The notes: a model not told the origin generated them from the sequence alone. Positions 29,263 through 39,238 are shown, counted from the stretch's first letter. The stretch: DNA of 64,000 bases from an uncultured Actinomycetes bacterium (GCA_963755025.1 CAVWIH010000024.1:15502-79501), one strand, 5' to 3'. Made by a program: numbers and translations.

Positions 29263-29643
29263 ATGGCGGCCAAGCGCTCGCGGCTCTCCCGCTCCAGCGA
29301 TTTCCAGCGTGTTTACCGCCAGGGTCGCTCGACCGCATCGCGATTTCTGGTGTTGCACTACTTCGCCCAACCGGCCGGCACGGTCGACCAGGCGCCGCGT
29401 CTCGGCCTGTCCGTGTCCAAGAAACTCGGCGGGGCGGTCGTGCGTAACCGCGTCAAACGCCTCTTGCGCGAGGCGTTTCGTGCGAACGCCGAACGGCTGC
29501 CCGGAGACTACGACTACGTGCTGATCGCCCGCCCGCAACTCACCGAACTGCTCGACGCTCCCGACAAGGGCGCCGTGCCCGCGGCCGTACGCGACGTCTT
29601 CGTGCGCGCCGGCTTGCTCGAGAAAGGTCAAACCGAGGCATGA
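29263..29643 (+). CDS. rnpA: Ribonuclease P protein component
   Basis: [37 protein letters not shown]. Confidence 0.95.
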   Translation: MAAKRSRLSRSSDFQRVYRQGRSTASRFLVLHYFAQPAGTVDQAPRLGLSVSKKLGGAVVRNRVKRLLREAFRANAERLPGDYDYVLIARPQLTELLDAPDKGAVPAAVRDVFVRAGLLEKGQTEA

Positions 29644-29864
29644 TCCGCAAGCTCTTCATCGCCCCGATCAGGTTCTACCAGTACGCCATCTCGCCCCTGT
29701 TCGGGCCGCGCTGCAAGTACTACCCAAGCTGTTCCGAGTACACGGTGCAGGCCATCCGCGAGCACGGACCCCTGAAGGGCATCGGGCTCGGCGCCTGGCG
29801 CATCCTGCGCTGCAACCCCTTCAGTCACGGCGGCGTCGACCACGTGCCGCCGCGGCATGCCTAG
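29640..29864 (+). CDS. yidD: Membrane protein insertion efficiency factor
   Basis: [31 protein letters not shown]. Confidence 0.95.
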   Translation: MIRKLFIAPIRFYQYAISPLFGPRCKYYPSCSEYTVQAIREHGPLKGIGLGAWRILRCNPFSHGGVDHVPPRHA

Positions 29865-29867
29865 CCC

Positions 29868-30932
29868 ATGCTGACGCTCCTGCCGCATCTCGCGACCGTA
29901 GTCGCCAGCTTCCAGCACAACCCGGTCTTCCACGCGCTCGGTCAGATCTTCGGCCCGCTGGTCGACCTGCTGCGCGGTATCCTGCGCGCCATCCACGGCG
30001 TCATCGGCAGCTGGGGCTGGTCGATCATCATCCTCACCATCATCGTGCGGCTCATCCTCATGCCGCTCACCTTCAAGCAGTACCGCTCGGCGCAGTCCAT
30101 GACCAAGCTGCAGCCCAAGATCAAAGAGCTGCAGCGCAAGTACAAGAACGACAAGCGCAAGCTGCAAGAAGAGACCATGAAGCTCTACCAGGAGTATCGG
30201 GTCAACCCGTTCGCGTCGTGCCTGCCGCTCCTGTTGCAGATGCCGATCTTCATCTGCCTGTACTACGCGATCAGGTTCACCCCCGAGATCCGCACCTCGA
30301 GCTTCTGGATCATCCCGTCGCTGGGCAAGCCCTACCTGCCGCTGTTCGCGATCTACATCATCTCGCAGTTCGTCTCGACCGAGCTCATGATGCAGCCCGA
30401 GACCGAGAAGCAGCAAAAGTGGCTCATGCGCGGCATGCCGATCATCTTCATCTTCATCCTCTTCCGGTTCCCCTCGGGCCTCATGCTCTACTGGGTCACG
30501 ACGAACCTCTGGACGATCATGCAGCAGGTCATCATCCGTAAGACCGCGCCCAAGCACGCGCCCGAGCCGCTCGGACCAAAGCCGCCAGGCCGCTTCATGC
30601 GCGCCCTCTCGCAGGCGCAGGCCAAGGCGGCCGAGACGGCGCAGAGCAAGACCGATGGCGCCGTGCCGCGCGGCACGAGCGACGGCGCCAAGGGTTCCGC
30701 CGGCCGGCAGGGCGCCGGCAAGAGCGGCTCCGCCAAGGGTTCGGCACGGCCGGGCACCGCCAAGAACTCAGCCTCAAAGCAGGGCACCGCCAAGAACGGC
30801 GGCGACCGCCCGACGCAAAAGCGACCAGGCCAGCAGCGGCCGGCGGGCAAAGGCGGGGCGCAACCGGGCGGCAAGCGTCCCCCTCGACCGAGTGGAGCGA
30901 GCGATGGACCAAAGCGTAAGCCCACCTCCTGA
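29868..30932 (+). CDS. yidC: Membrane protein insertase YidC/Oxa1
   Basis: WGWSIIILTIIVR, LQPKIKELQ, NPFASCLPLLLQMPIF, GLMLYW. Confidence 0.95.
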   Translation: MLTLLPHLATVVASFQHNPVFHALGQIFGPLVDLLRGILRAIHGVIGSWGWSIIILTIIVRLILMPLTFKQYRSAQSMTKLQPKIKELQRKYKNDKRKLQEETMKLYQEYRVNPFASCLPLLLQMPIFICLYYAIRFTPEIRTSSFWIIPSLGKPYLPLFAIYIISQFVSTELMMQPETEKQQKWLMRGMPIIFIFILFRFPSGLMLYWVTTNLWTIMQQVIIRKTAPKHAPEPLGPKPPGRFMRALSQAQAKAAETAQSKTDGAVPRGTSDGAKGSAGRQGAGKSGSAKGSARPGTAKNSASKQGTAKNGGDRPTQKRPGQQRPAGKGGAQPGGKRPPRPSGASDGPKRKPTS

Positions 30933-31632
30933 CGAGCAGGCCGACGAGACCGACTTCGCCACGGTGGCCAGCGCGCCCACCGTCGAGGCGGCCAAGCAGA
31001 AGGCGCTCGAGCAACTGCGCAAGGTCGTGCCCTACGTTCGCGAAGAAGACATCGAGTTCATGGTCGTCGACGAAGGCGGCCAGGGCGGCTTTCTAGGGAT
31101 GGGCAAGTCGCAGCCGCGGGTCGAGGCCCGCGTGCTGCCCGGCGCATCGGCGGCCGTCGGCGACGTGGTCGACGCCGACGACGCCCTCGAAAAGCTCGAC
31201 GCCTTCATCACTCGCGTGACCACCGGCATGGGCCTCGACGTCGACGTCGAGGTCTCGCAGTCCGGCGAGGCCGTCGTGGCCGACATCGCGGGCGACGACC
31301 TCGGGCTGCTGATCGGCCGTCACGGCCAGACCCTCGACGCGCTGCAGTACCTGGCGGCGATCGTCGTCAACGGACACGCGCACGCCCGGCGCCAGGTCAT
31401 CGTCGACGCCGAAGGCTACCGCAACCGCCGCGAGGTCTCCCTCAAGTCGGTCGCCGAGCACGCCGCGCAGAAGGTCGAGCGCACGCACAGCGAGCTCGTG
31501 CTCAAGCCCATGACGGCCGCCGAGCGCAAGATCGTGCACCTGCACCTCAAGGACCACCCCCAGGTCGAGACCCGCTCCGAAGGCGACGAGCCGCAGCGCT
31601 CGGTGATCGTCTCTCCGCGCAAGCGCGTGTAG
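30904..31632 (+). CDS. jag: RNA-binding protein Jag/EloR (KH-R3H)
   Basis: GFLGMG, LIGRHGQTLDALQYL, DAEGYR, PMTAAERKIVH, SEGDEP. Confidence 0.93.
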   Translation: MDQSVSPPPDEQADETDFATVASAPTVEAAKQKALEQLRKVVPYVREEDIEFMVVDEGGQGGFLGMGKSQPRVEARVLPGASAAVGDVVDADDALEKLDAFITRVTTGMGLDVDVEVSQSGEAVVADIAGDDLGLLIGRHGQTLDALQYLAAIVVNGHAHARRQVIVDAEGYRNRREVSLKSVAEHAAQKVERTHSELVLKPMTAAERKIVHLHLKDHPQVETRSEGDEPQRSVIVSPRKRV

Positions 31633-31747
31633 CACCCGGTCAAGCCCGGCGGCGCTGCCGCCGATAGAGGTCAGTACCATCACGTTGAAGAGGCATCGGA
31701 TCGCGATGCGTGGCTATGGCCTCGCGCGGCCCGAGAAGGGAGCGCTC

Positions 31748-32704
31748 ATGCGAAAAGCCCTCGTCATCATCCTCGGCGCCGCGCTGATCGCGCTCGCGTC
31801 GGTGGCGGCCGCGTGCGGCTCGTCGAGCCCAAGCGCCTCGTCATCATCGACGGCGCCGCCGGCCACGGCCGGAGGCATGACCGCCGCCCAGATCCTGACG
31901 CGCGCCCAGCACGCCATGGGCAAGGTCAGCAGCGCACGCTTCGCGGCCGACGTCACGCTCAAGATGGCGTCGAACGGCTCGAGCGCGCAGGCCGCGCTCC
32001 TGGGCCAGGCGCCCGTCGCCCTGCACGTCGCCGGCAACGCGGGCGGCGCCGGCAAGGCCCCCGCCGCCAACCTCTTCCTCACGCTCCAGGTCGCCGGTCA
32101 GCACCTCACCTACGGCGTCAAGGTGTCCGACAAGCGCGTGTGGGTGCAGTACCACGGCAAGTGGTACGTGGCGTCCGCCTCGAGCACCGGAGCGGCTTCG
32201 AAGAAGAGTTCGAGCGCCTCACGGCTCGGCGTCGGCATCGACCCGGCGAAGTGGGCCGCCTCGAGCACGGTCACAGTCGTGCAACTGAACGGCGCCAAGG
32301 TCTACCACGTCACGACCACCGCCAACACGGCCAAAGTCGTGAGCGACCTCATCAAGGCGCTCAACGTTCCCGGCGTGGCCAGGTCGGCCGGCAGCGGCGC
32401 CGCCGCCCTCGGCCAGCTCAAGAGCTCAGGCCAGCTCAAGAGCATCGAGAAGTCGCTGGCCTCGGCGTCGGTGCAGTACTGGATCGACGCCTCCACGTTC
32501 CTCGTGCAGAAGGGCACGATCGACGCCAAGCTCAAGTTCGGCGGCGCCACGGCCGCGTCGGGCGTGAGCGGCCTGGGCGTCCACATCGGCTACGCGCTCG
32601 ACCACTTCGGCGCGCCCGTCACGGTGAGCCCGCCCAAGCACGCGCTGCCGCTCAAGTCGCTCACCAACAGCCTGTCGCCGCTCGCGGCCGGGATCGGCGC
32701 CTGA
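31748..32704 (+). CDS. Lipoprotein, possibly LppX/LprG-like beta fold
   Basis: Lipobox VAAAC; YWIDASTFLVQK and FGAPVTVSPP. Confidence 0.7.
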   Translation: MRKALVIILGAALIALASVAAACGSSSPSASSSSTAPPATAGGMTAAQILTRAQHAMGKVSSARFAADVTLKMASNGSSAQAALLGQAPVALHVAGNAGGAGKAPAANLFLTLQVAGQHLTYGVKVSDKRVWVQYHGKWYVASASSTGAASKKSSSASRLGVGIDPAKWAASSTVTVVQLNGAKVYHVTTTANTAKVVSDLIKALNVPGVARSAGSGAAALGQLKSSGQLKSIEKSLASASVQYWIDASTFLVQKGTIDAKLKFGGATAASGVSGLGVHIGYALDHFGAPVTVSPPKHALPLKSLTNSLSPLAAGIGA

Positions 32705-32753
32705 CGGCCCGGCCCCAGGCGAGTCGCCGTCGGGGCGACTGACTCCCCAAGGC

Positions 32754-32797
32754 AAAAGAAGCGGCGGGCGGCCCCATTGGGGCCGCCCGCCGCTTTT
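32754..32797. terminator. Bidirectional intrinsic terminator
   Basis: aaaagaagcggcgggcggcccca-t-tggggccgcccgccgctttt between convergent genes. Confidence 0.85.
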
Positions 32798-32855
32798 GCG
32801 TGAAGAGAGGAGCGCTGCGCGGCCGTGGGCCGCGTAACGGGTGTCGGGTACCGCT

Positions 32856-34156
32856 TTAGCGACCCCAGTCGAAGTCGGGGGCCCGCTTTGACTTCCAGTC
32901 GGCAGGTACGTTCTCGTCGTCGGTGCGCTGGCCCATCATCGACTTCGAGATGATGACGCCGCTCGTGACGTTGGTGGGCTTTGGGTCGGAGGTGTCTTTG
33001 GGCGTGGGCGCCTTGATCTGGCTGGGCGCGAGCTGGACCGTGCCGTCGGTGCGCGAGCTGGCGTTGGGGCGCAGGTCGACCCGCTCCTCGTAGCCGCGGT
33101 CGGCCAGCGTGATGCGGCCGGCGTCGACGAGCTCGACGCGGAACTGGTACCAGCCCATCGTCCACATGAACGTGATGAGCAGGCTGTCCTGGTTCTCGCA
33201 GCCCACGTGTACCTGGGGGATGCCGAGGTTCTCGTTGGTCTCGACCACGCGCTTGGGCACGGCGCTCACGTTGAGCAGATCGACACCGCGCTGCAGGATG
33301 GTGAGGGGCACGAAGTCGTCGGTCTCGGGCTCGGGTTCGAAGCCCGCCGCCACCGGCGTCGCCGCGCGGTCGTCGAACGGCGCCGCGCGCGGTCGTCGAA
33401 CGGCGCCGCGCCGCCCGGCGTGGCCGCGAAGGTCTCGTGCGGCCCGTCGTCGAAGGGCGCTCGCGCGCTCGGCGGGGCCGCGGTGTCGGCGCCGCCCTGG
33501 TACTGGGCGGCAAGCGCGCCGGCGCCGGCCTCGGCTCGCGCCGCGTCGCGCAGCGCTTTGCCCAGCCCCGGATCGGTGTGCTCGAGATGGCGGGTCGCCG
33601 CCGCTACCGGCGCGTCGCTCGCCAGTGCCGCGATCTCGCCGCGCTCTGTGGCCGGCGGCTCGGTGGCATCGACGGCGTCGACGTCTTTGAGGTCGGCCGC
33701 CGAGTACTCGGCCGTCTCGGCGCCGACGTCGTCGTGCGCGGCCGGCCCGGCAGGCGCCTCGGTCGGCAGGGGCACGAGCGGCACCACCGCGGCGACGTGG
33801 CCGCGCGACTCGGCGAGCTGTGCGGCGAGCTCCTGGTTTTCGGCTTCGGCGCGCGCCAGCAGGCCTTCGAGGCGGGCGATCTCTGTGTCTTTGTCTTTGA
33901 GCGCGCGCCAGAAGGCGTCGCTGTCGTTGCGCGCCGGCCTGACGCGTCCGTTGGTGACGGTGGCGCCGTCGTCGACCGGGTCGGCCGTGGCCGAAACGTC
34001 GCCGGAACGGGCGCACAGCGCGCAGATGAAGCGCTCGGTCCCGTCGTTGTCGACCACGCGCTGCGTCCACTCGCCGGCCAGCAGGGTGCGTCCGCAGGTG
34101 CTGCAGACGGTGTCGTCGCGATCGTCCTTCGTGCGTCCGAAAAGGCGTCCTAGCAT
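32856..34156 (-). CDS. Hypothetical protein (CxxC..CxxC N-terminus, coiled coil, globular C-terminus), frameshifted near 33390
   Basis: CSTC..CALC in one frame; C-terminal VPLTILQRGVDLLN..WTMGWYQFRVEL in another. Confidence 0.65.
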
Positions 34157-34282
34157 GGTCCGCTCCACGGTTTTCGGGGGCTGTAGTCAGGCTGGGGCAG
34201 TAGCCCACAAGGCCATTCATGGTACCAGACTTCGCAAGCCCCCGGTCGTCCCGCCGTGGTCACCACGCGCGGAACCGGACGG

Positions 34283-34528
34283 CTACCCCTCGTCTTCGGG
34301 AGGGTCGAACTCGAGGCCCACCGTGTCGGCCCGTGAGATCACGTCGTGGGCCAGCGGCAGGTCCTGCTCGCTCACGAGCACGTCGATCGCTCCGAGTCCC
34401 GATGTCCCCGGATAGACGTCGTGCAGGCCGCCGCGCAGGGTGGCGGCGATGCCTGCTTCGCTCAGCACGTTCGAGATCGCGGTCGCCTGGCTGAGATCGT
34501 TCGCGGTCGTCGCTCGGTGAAGTTCCAT
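34283..34528 (-). CDS. DUF2007-like small protein
   Basis: ATAISNVLSEAGI..IDVLVSEQDLPLAHDVI; GAGGTG RBS. Confidence 0.75.
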   Translation of the reverse strand: MELHRATTANDLSQATAISNVLSEAGIAATLRGGLHDVYPGTSGLGAIDVLVSEQDLPLAHDVISRADTVGLEFDPPEDEG

Positions 34529-34738
34529 CGTGACACCTCGCTTTCGTGCTCACTGGGGTTGTCTCGCACTGGCCACGGCACCCCCGAGCTGTATACCCAT
34601 TCGGCGACGGCGGTCACCAGCGAGCGTGGGGCTGCGTCGCGAGCCGCCGTCGCGCGAGTCGGGCAATCGCGGGCGCGCCCGGTCGGCGAAAGCGTGGGCG
34701 CGCCCCGAGGAGCGGCGCCGCGCCGCGCGACCGTGCGC

Positions 34739-34990
34739 TCAGGAACCGGGCAGCGGCGAGTCGGGGTCGTCGACGACGGCGTCGGCCTGCAGGTCGGCGA
34801 GCAGGCGGCGCGCCTCGTCGTAGTCTTCGTCGCGCACGATGATCGTGATCGCGCCCATCGAAGGGATGTACGCATAGACGCGGTTCATGGCGCCCCCGAG
34901 GAGCTCGGCGGGAATGCCGGCCGACACGAGCAGGTCGCGCCAGATCGTGGCGAGGACGGGATCGGCGAGACTGGCGACGACCTTGCTCAC
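34739..34990 (-). CDS. DUF2007-like small protein
   Basis: ATIWRDLLVSAGI..IIVRDEDYDEARRLL; GTGA overlap with the upstream gene. Confidence 0.75.
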   Translation of the reverse strand: MSKVVASLADPVLATIWRDLLVSAGIPAELLGGAMNRVYAYIPSMGAITIIVRDEDYDEARRLLADLQADAVVDDPDSPLPGS

Positions 34991-35244
34991 CGGTCGTGCG
35001 GCGGTCCCTGCCCCGTGGGCGGTTCCTGCCCCGCGCCGCTTTGCAGCTCGTCGACCAGCCGGCTCGCTTCGTCGTAGCGGGCCGCCGGCACCACGATGCC
35101 GTAGCCGCCCATCTGGGGCATGCCGGGGAACGCGCTCGAGCGTCCGCCCACGAGCTCGACCTCTATGCCGCCCGACTCGAGCAGCTCCTTGAGGCTGGTC
35201 GCGGTCAGCAGGTCGAGTCCCTCGGCCACCATCCTGGTCTCCAC
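34987..35244 (-). CDS. DUF2007-like small protein
   Basis: ATSLKELLESGGI..IVVPAARYDEASRLV; GGAGG RBS at the nfo 3' end. Confidence 0.75.
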   Translation of the reverse strand: METRMVAEGLDLLTATSLKELLESGGIEVELVGGRSSAFPGMPQMGGYGIVVPAARYDEASRLVDELQSGAGQEPPTGQGPPHDR

Positions 35245-35246
35245 GG

Positions 35247-36101
35247 TCAGGCCTCCTGTGCACGCAGTGCGTGCAGGGTGTCGAGGTTGGCGCGGTCGGG
35301 GCCTAGTCCGTCGTAGCCGGGAACCTCGAGTATGCCGGGAATGTCGTCGAAAGCGGGGTGATTGACGAGCAGCCGCATGGCCTCGCGCCCGATCTCGCCC
35401 TCGCCGATGTTCTCGTGGCGGTCGCGGTTCGAGCCCAGGGCCGACTTCGAGTCGTTCAGGTGCACCATCACGAGGCGCTCCAGGCCGACGCTCTGGGCGA
35501 ACGAGGCGAGCATGGCTTCGAGGCCCTCGGCGGTGCGCAGCTCGTGGCCCGAGGCCAGCAGGTGAGCGGTGTCGAGGCAAACGCCCAGGCGCTCGTCGCC
35601 GCCGGTCGCTTCGATCATGGCGGCCAGCTCGGCGAAGTTCACGCCCATAGTGCCGCCCGCGCCGGCGGTGTTCTCGAGCAGCAGTCGGACCCTGGAGTCG
35701 CCGACCTGTTCGAGGGCGCGCCGCAGGGCCTCGCGCACGCGCTCGAGGCCGGCGGCGAAGCCCGCTCCCTGGTGCGAGCCCACGTGCGTGACGATCGCCT
35801 CGACGCCGAGCTGCTCGGCGGCCGCGACCGCCCCGACCAGGGCGATGACCGACTTCTCGTAGAACTCCTCGTTCATGGTGGCGAGGTTGATCAGGTAGAT
35901 GGTGTGGATGACCGTGAAGCGGATCGACGAGCCGGCCCGCGCGTCGCGAAAGCGCGCCGCGTCGTCGGCCCTGTACGTCTGCGGCTTCCAGGTGCGCGGG
36001 CTGCCCGCGAAGAACTGAATCGCCTGCACGTCGAGCGCCTCGCCGCGTTCGATCGCCGTCCAGACCCCGCCGCTCGCCTTTACGTGCGCTCCGAAGTACA
36101 T
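35247..36101 (-). CDS. nfo: Endonuclease IV
   Basis: GAHV, HTIYLINLA, LLENTAG, CLDTAH, HLNDSK, DRHENIGEG. Confidence 0.95.
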   Translation of the reverse strand: MYFGAHVKASGGVWTAIERGEALDVQAIQFFAGSPRTWKPQTYRADDAARFRDARAGSSIRFTVIHTIYLINLATMNEEFYEKSVIALVGAVAAAEQLGVEAIVTHVGSHQGAGFAAGLERVREALRRALEQVGDSRVRLLLENTAGAGGTMGVNFAELAAMIEATGGDERLGVCLDTAHLLASGHELRTAEGLEAMLASFAQSVGLERLVMVHLNDSKSALGSNRDRHENIGEGEIGREAMRLLVNHPAFDDIPGILEVPGYDGLGPDRANLDTLHALRAQEA

Positions 36102-36220
36102 GCGCGCCTCCGGCCTTCTCGTCTCGCTTGTTCAGTCGCCGGCGCTGGCGCCGGCCGGGCAACGTTTCGCCGACTCTACTGGCCGTCTCGGGCGCGAGAC
36201 AAGCGGCAAGCGGTCGCCGG

Positions 36221-36289
36221 CTACCCGCGCACCAGCACGAGCAGCACGGCGACGAGGATGATCACGATGGCGATAGCCAGACCGTACAC
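36221..36289 (-). CDS. 22-aa single-TM microprotein
   Basis: AGAGGAG RBS, 8 nt, GTG; MYGLAIAIVIILVAVLLVLVRG*; GC3-rich codons. Confidence 0.6.
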   Translation of the reverse strand: MYGLAIAIVIILVAVLLVLVRG

Positions 36290-36354
36290 GTGGCGCACTC
36301 CTCTCGTTCACGCCACGTTCCCCGAGCGGGCGCGCGGTAAGCCGTGGACGCCGC

Positions 36355-37170
36355 TCAGCCGGCGGCCGGCGGCGCGCCCGGGAGGTGCGCGTCGAACCAG
36401 TCGACCAGCAGCGCGATGGCCTCGTCGAGGTGGCCCTCGAGGCTGTGCGGCGAGCCGGCCAGCAGCTCGACCCGCGAGCCGGGCGGCAGCAGCGGCAGCC
36501 CGCGGCGCGCGTTGGCCAGGGACTGGCGCTCTTCGTCGTCGCCGTCGCCGTCGATCAGCAGCACGGGACAGCGCAGGCGGCCGAACAGCGCCGCCTGGTC
36601 GCAGTCGGCCAGCGCTTCGAGCAGCTCGGCCGAGGTCACGACCGCGGCGCGGGCGCGGCCCTCGCCCTGCGGCATGACGACCCGCCCGGTGCGCTCGAGC
36701 TCGGCCATCTGGGCGGCCGTGAAGTAATCGCGCCAGTCGTAGCGCATGGCGGCGGTGGGGGCGCCGGTCGTGGCGATGGCGACGACCTGCCGCGGGGCGG
36801 CCGCCAGGCAGACGCGCCCGCCCAGGCTGTGGCCGTGGAGCGCGAGCCGGCGGTAGCCGAGCGAGCGCGCGTGGGCGAGCGCGGCGTGCAGGTCGTCGAT
36901 TTGATGGTCAAGGGTGAGCACGTCGTCGTCGCTCTCGCCGCAGCCGGCGAAGTCGAAGGCAAGCGAGGCGATGCCGGCGGCGGCAAGCGCCGCGGCTATG
37001 GCCGGGAACCGGCCGCGCGCGCGGCGGTCGCTGGCAAAGCCATGGGCCATGACGACCAGCGCGTCGCCGGCGGCCGGCGTGAGGTCGCCGCCCAGCGCGT
37101 CGCCGCCGGCCGGCGTGAGGTCGCCGACCAGCCGCAGGTCGCGAGCGTTCCGAAAGGTCACGCGTGACAT
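36355..37170 (-). CDS. Alpha/beta hydrolase
   Basis: HGF, FDFAGCGES, GHSLGG nucleophile elbow. Confidence 0.88.
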   Translation of the reverse strand: MSRVTFRNARDLRLVGDLTPAGGDALGGDLTPAAGDALVVMAHGFASDRRARGRFPAIAAALAAAGIASLAFDFAGCGESDDDVLTLDHQIDDLHAALAHARSLGYRRLALHGHSLGGRVCLAAAPRQVVAIATTGAPTAAMRYDWRDYFTAAQMAELERTGRVVMPQGEGRARAAVVTSAELLEALADCDQAALFGRLRCPVLLIDGDGDDEERQSLANARRGLPLLPPGSRVELLAGSPHSLEGHLDEAIALLVDWFDAHLPGAPPAAG

Positions 37171-37284
37171 GCGCCAAGGATACTTGGTTCGACATTCTGT
37201 CGAACAGGGGCTTTGTGGGCTCCGCAGCGCTCGCACGGACGGCCAGAGGCGCGGGCGACAGCCCGCGCCTCGCGCCCCGGCTCG

Positions 37285-37947
37285 TTACGCGCTCGGGACC
37301 AGCGCTTCGAACCGCGGATCGTTGCGGATGGGCGCGAGGTCGGAGTCGAGATGCGCGTCGGTGGCCAGCGAGGGCCGCTCGTTGACGGCCGCGCTCAAGT
37401 GCTGGAGCGCCGCGTCGGTCTCGCCGAGCTGGGCTTCGGCGCAGGCCAGGTTGTAGAAGATGGTGCTGCGGTCGTCGTAGCGTTCGAGGGCGTCGTTCAG
37501 CAGCTCCTTGGCCTGCCGGTAGCGGCCGTCGTCGAAGAGCTGGAGCACGTCCAGGTTGGTCTCCCAGGCGCGCGGCCGGAAGGCCTCACCGGGCTTGCCG
37601 CCCACCGCCAGGATGGTGGTGTCGGGCTCGCGGGCTTCGGCGCCGCGGGTGGCCTTGGGATCGCGCACGAAGACGATGGTGCCGGCGGGGGCGTCGATGC
37701 GCTCGTTGCCCACGGTGAAGGTGGCGCGCCCGGCGATGACCAGGTAGAGCTCCTCGTGGCGCGATGAGCGCTCGTCGTGCTCGAGGATGATCGATTCGCG
37801 GGCCTCATGCGCGGTCCAGGCGTTGATGCCGAACGCCTGTACCCCGAGGCTGCGACGAATGGGAGACCAGCCGCTGGGCCCCTCGAGATCGGCGAGCTGC
37901 GCCGTCTCATATGGCTTCTCGGTCACGGCTGCCTCCCCGCTCGTCAT
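37285..37947 (-). CDS. Cupin + TPR protein
   Basis: HDE..HEELYLVIAG cupin motif; YNLACAEAQLG TPR. Confidence 0.8.
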   Translation of the reverse strand: MTSGEAAVTEKPYETAQLADLEGPSGWSPIRRSLGVQAFGINAWTAHEARESIILEHDERSSRHEELYLVIAGRATFTVGNERIDAPAGTIVFVRDPKATRGAEAREPDTTILAVGGKPGEAFRPRAWETNLDVLQLFDDGRYRQAKELLNDALERYDDRSTIFYNLACAEAQLGETDAALQHLSAAVNERPSLATDAHLDSDLAPIRNDPRFEALVPSA

Positions 37948-38002
37948 GGGTCCGACCAGCCGATGCTACCAGTCCGTGTGACGCGTGAGCGCGTTTTGGC
38001 CC

Positions 38003-38635
38003 TCAGGGGGTGACGTCGGCCCAGCGCCACTCGTGGTCGACCACGCGGGCCTGCCCGCCGGTGAGCTGGGCGACGAGCTGGTCGAGCCCGGCGCGCTGGC
38101 TCGTGGTGACGTCGAGCACGAGCGTGGCGCGCGCCTCGTAGACGACGTCGGTGACGAGCACGCCGCGGGCGCGCAGCTCGTTCTCGAGGCGGCCGGCGTC
38201 GGCGTGTGCCATGGCTACGCTCACGCGCTGCACGTGGCGGCGCTCGCTCACCCCGGCCGCCTCGGCCGCCGCGCGCAGCGCCTCGCTATAGGCGCGGATG
38301 AGGCCGCCTGTGCCCAGCAGGGTGCCGCCGAACCAGCGCGTGACCACGGCGACGACGTCGGAGAGGCCGCGGCCGCGCAGCACCTCGAGCATGGGTGCGC
38401 CGGCCGTGCCCGAGGGCTCGCCGTCGTCGCTGGCGCGTGCGACCTCGCCCAGCGGCCCCAGGATGTAGGCCGAACAGTGGTGGCGCGCCTCCCAGTGGCG
38501 CTTGCGGGCGGCCTCGACTGCGGCGAGGGCGGCCGCCTCGTCGCCGGCGCGCTCGAGGCGCGCCAGAAAGCGGGAGCGCTTGACCTCGATCTCGGCTTCG
38601 GCCGTGGTGGCGATGGTCAGGTAGGAGTCGCTCAT
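38003..38635 (-). CDS. yigZ: YigZ/IMPACT family protein
   Basis: KRSRFLA, HHCSAY, DDGEPSGTAG, VTRWFGGTLLGTGGLIRAY. Confidence 0.92.
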   Translation of the reverse strand: MSDSYLTIATTAEAEIEVKRSRFLARLERAGDEAAALAAVEAARKRHWEARHHCSAYILGPLGEVARASDDGEPSGTAGAPMLEVLRGRGLSDVVAVVTRWFGGTLLGTGGLIRAYSEALRAAAEAAGVSERRHVQRVSVAMAHADAGRLENELRARGVLVTDVVYEARATLVLDVTTSQRAGLDQLVAQLTGGQARVVDHEWRWADVTP

Positions 38636-38763
38636 GCGGGGTCTCATGCTACCACCGGCCCGTGAGTGGAGAAGGCGGCCCGTGGGCATGCACGGGTTGA
38701 ACGAGCGGGCGGTCGCGGGCCGGCGCTCTCACAGCGACAGGACAGAAAAGGACGGCAGGTCAC

Positions 38764-39129
38764 ATGACGGAACAACTGGTCGACGTCAACGGCTATCGCG
38801 AACAGCTCGTGCAGAGGTGCGAGTCGCTCTCGGCGTGGCGCGCCCGCGAGGCCGCGGCCCACCCCGACGACGAGCGCGACGCGCAGTCGTCGAAGGCGCT
38901 GCGCGCGACGGCCGCCGAGCTGCTCGCCATGGCCGACGACGACCCCACGCTGCACGGCCTCGCGAGCGTCTGCCAGGTGCACAACGACGCCGAGCGCTCC
39001 TTCTACGTCGACGAAGAGGACCGCATCGTCGGTCACCACGGATTCGGTCCCGAGGCCACGCAGAGCACCGCCGACCTGCTGGCGGCCCTGACCGCTGCGG
39101 CCCACGAGGCCGCGCGCCGGTCGGAGTAG
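38764..39129 (+). CDS. Hypothetical protein
   Basis: 121-aa ORF with host-like codon bias filling the gap between genes. Confidence 0.6.
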   Translation: MTEQLVDVNGYREQLVQRCESLSAWRAREAAAHPDDERDAQSSKALRATAAELLAMADDDPTLHGLASVCQVHNDAERSFYVDEEDRIVGHHGFGPEATQSTADLLAALTAAAHEAARRSE

Positions 39130-39152
39130 GCGCCAAGGTCGCGCCGCACGCG

Positions 39153-39189
39153 CGCAGGGCCGGCAGCGAGCTTCGCTGCCGGCCCTGCG
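39153..39189. terminator. GC-rich hairpin between convergent genes
   Basis: 17-bp stem cgcagggccggcagcga-gct-tcgctgccggccctgcg. Confidence 0.75.
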
Positions 39190-39238
39190 GATGCGCCGTT
39201 TTTCAGTCGATCGGCCGGCGAGACGCCGGCCGCGACCG

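Noticed and set aside
34585-34620. SigB/SigF-type promoter (GGTGA-N15-GGGTAT on the minus strand), loosely echoed upstream of osmC
   Set aside because: The -35 does not match GTTT and the spacing differs between the two sites.
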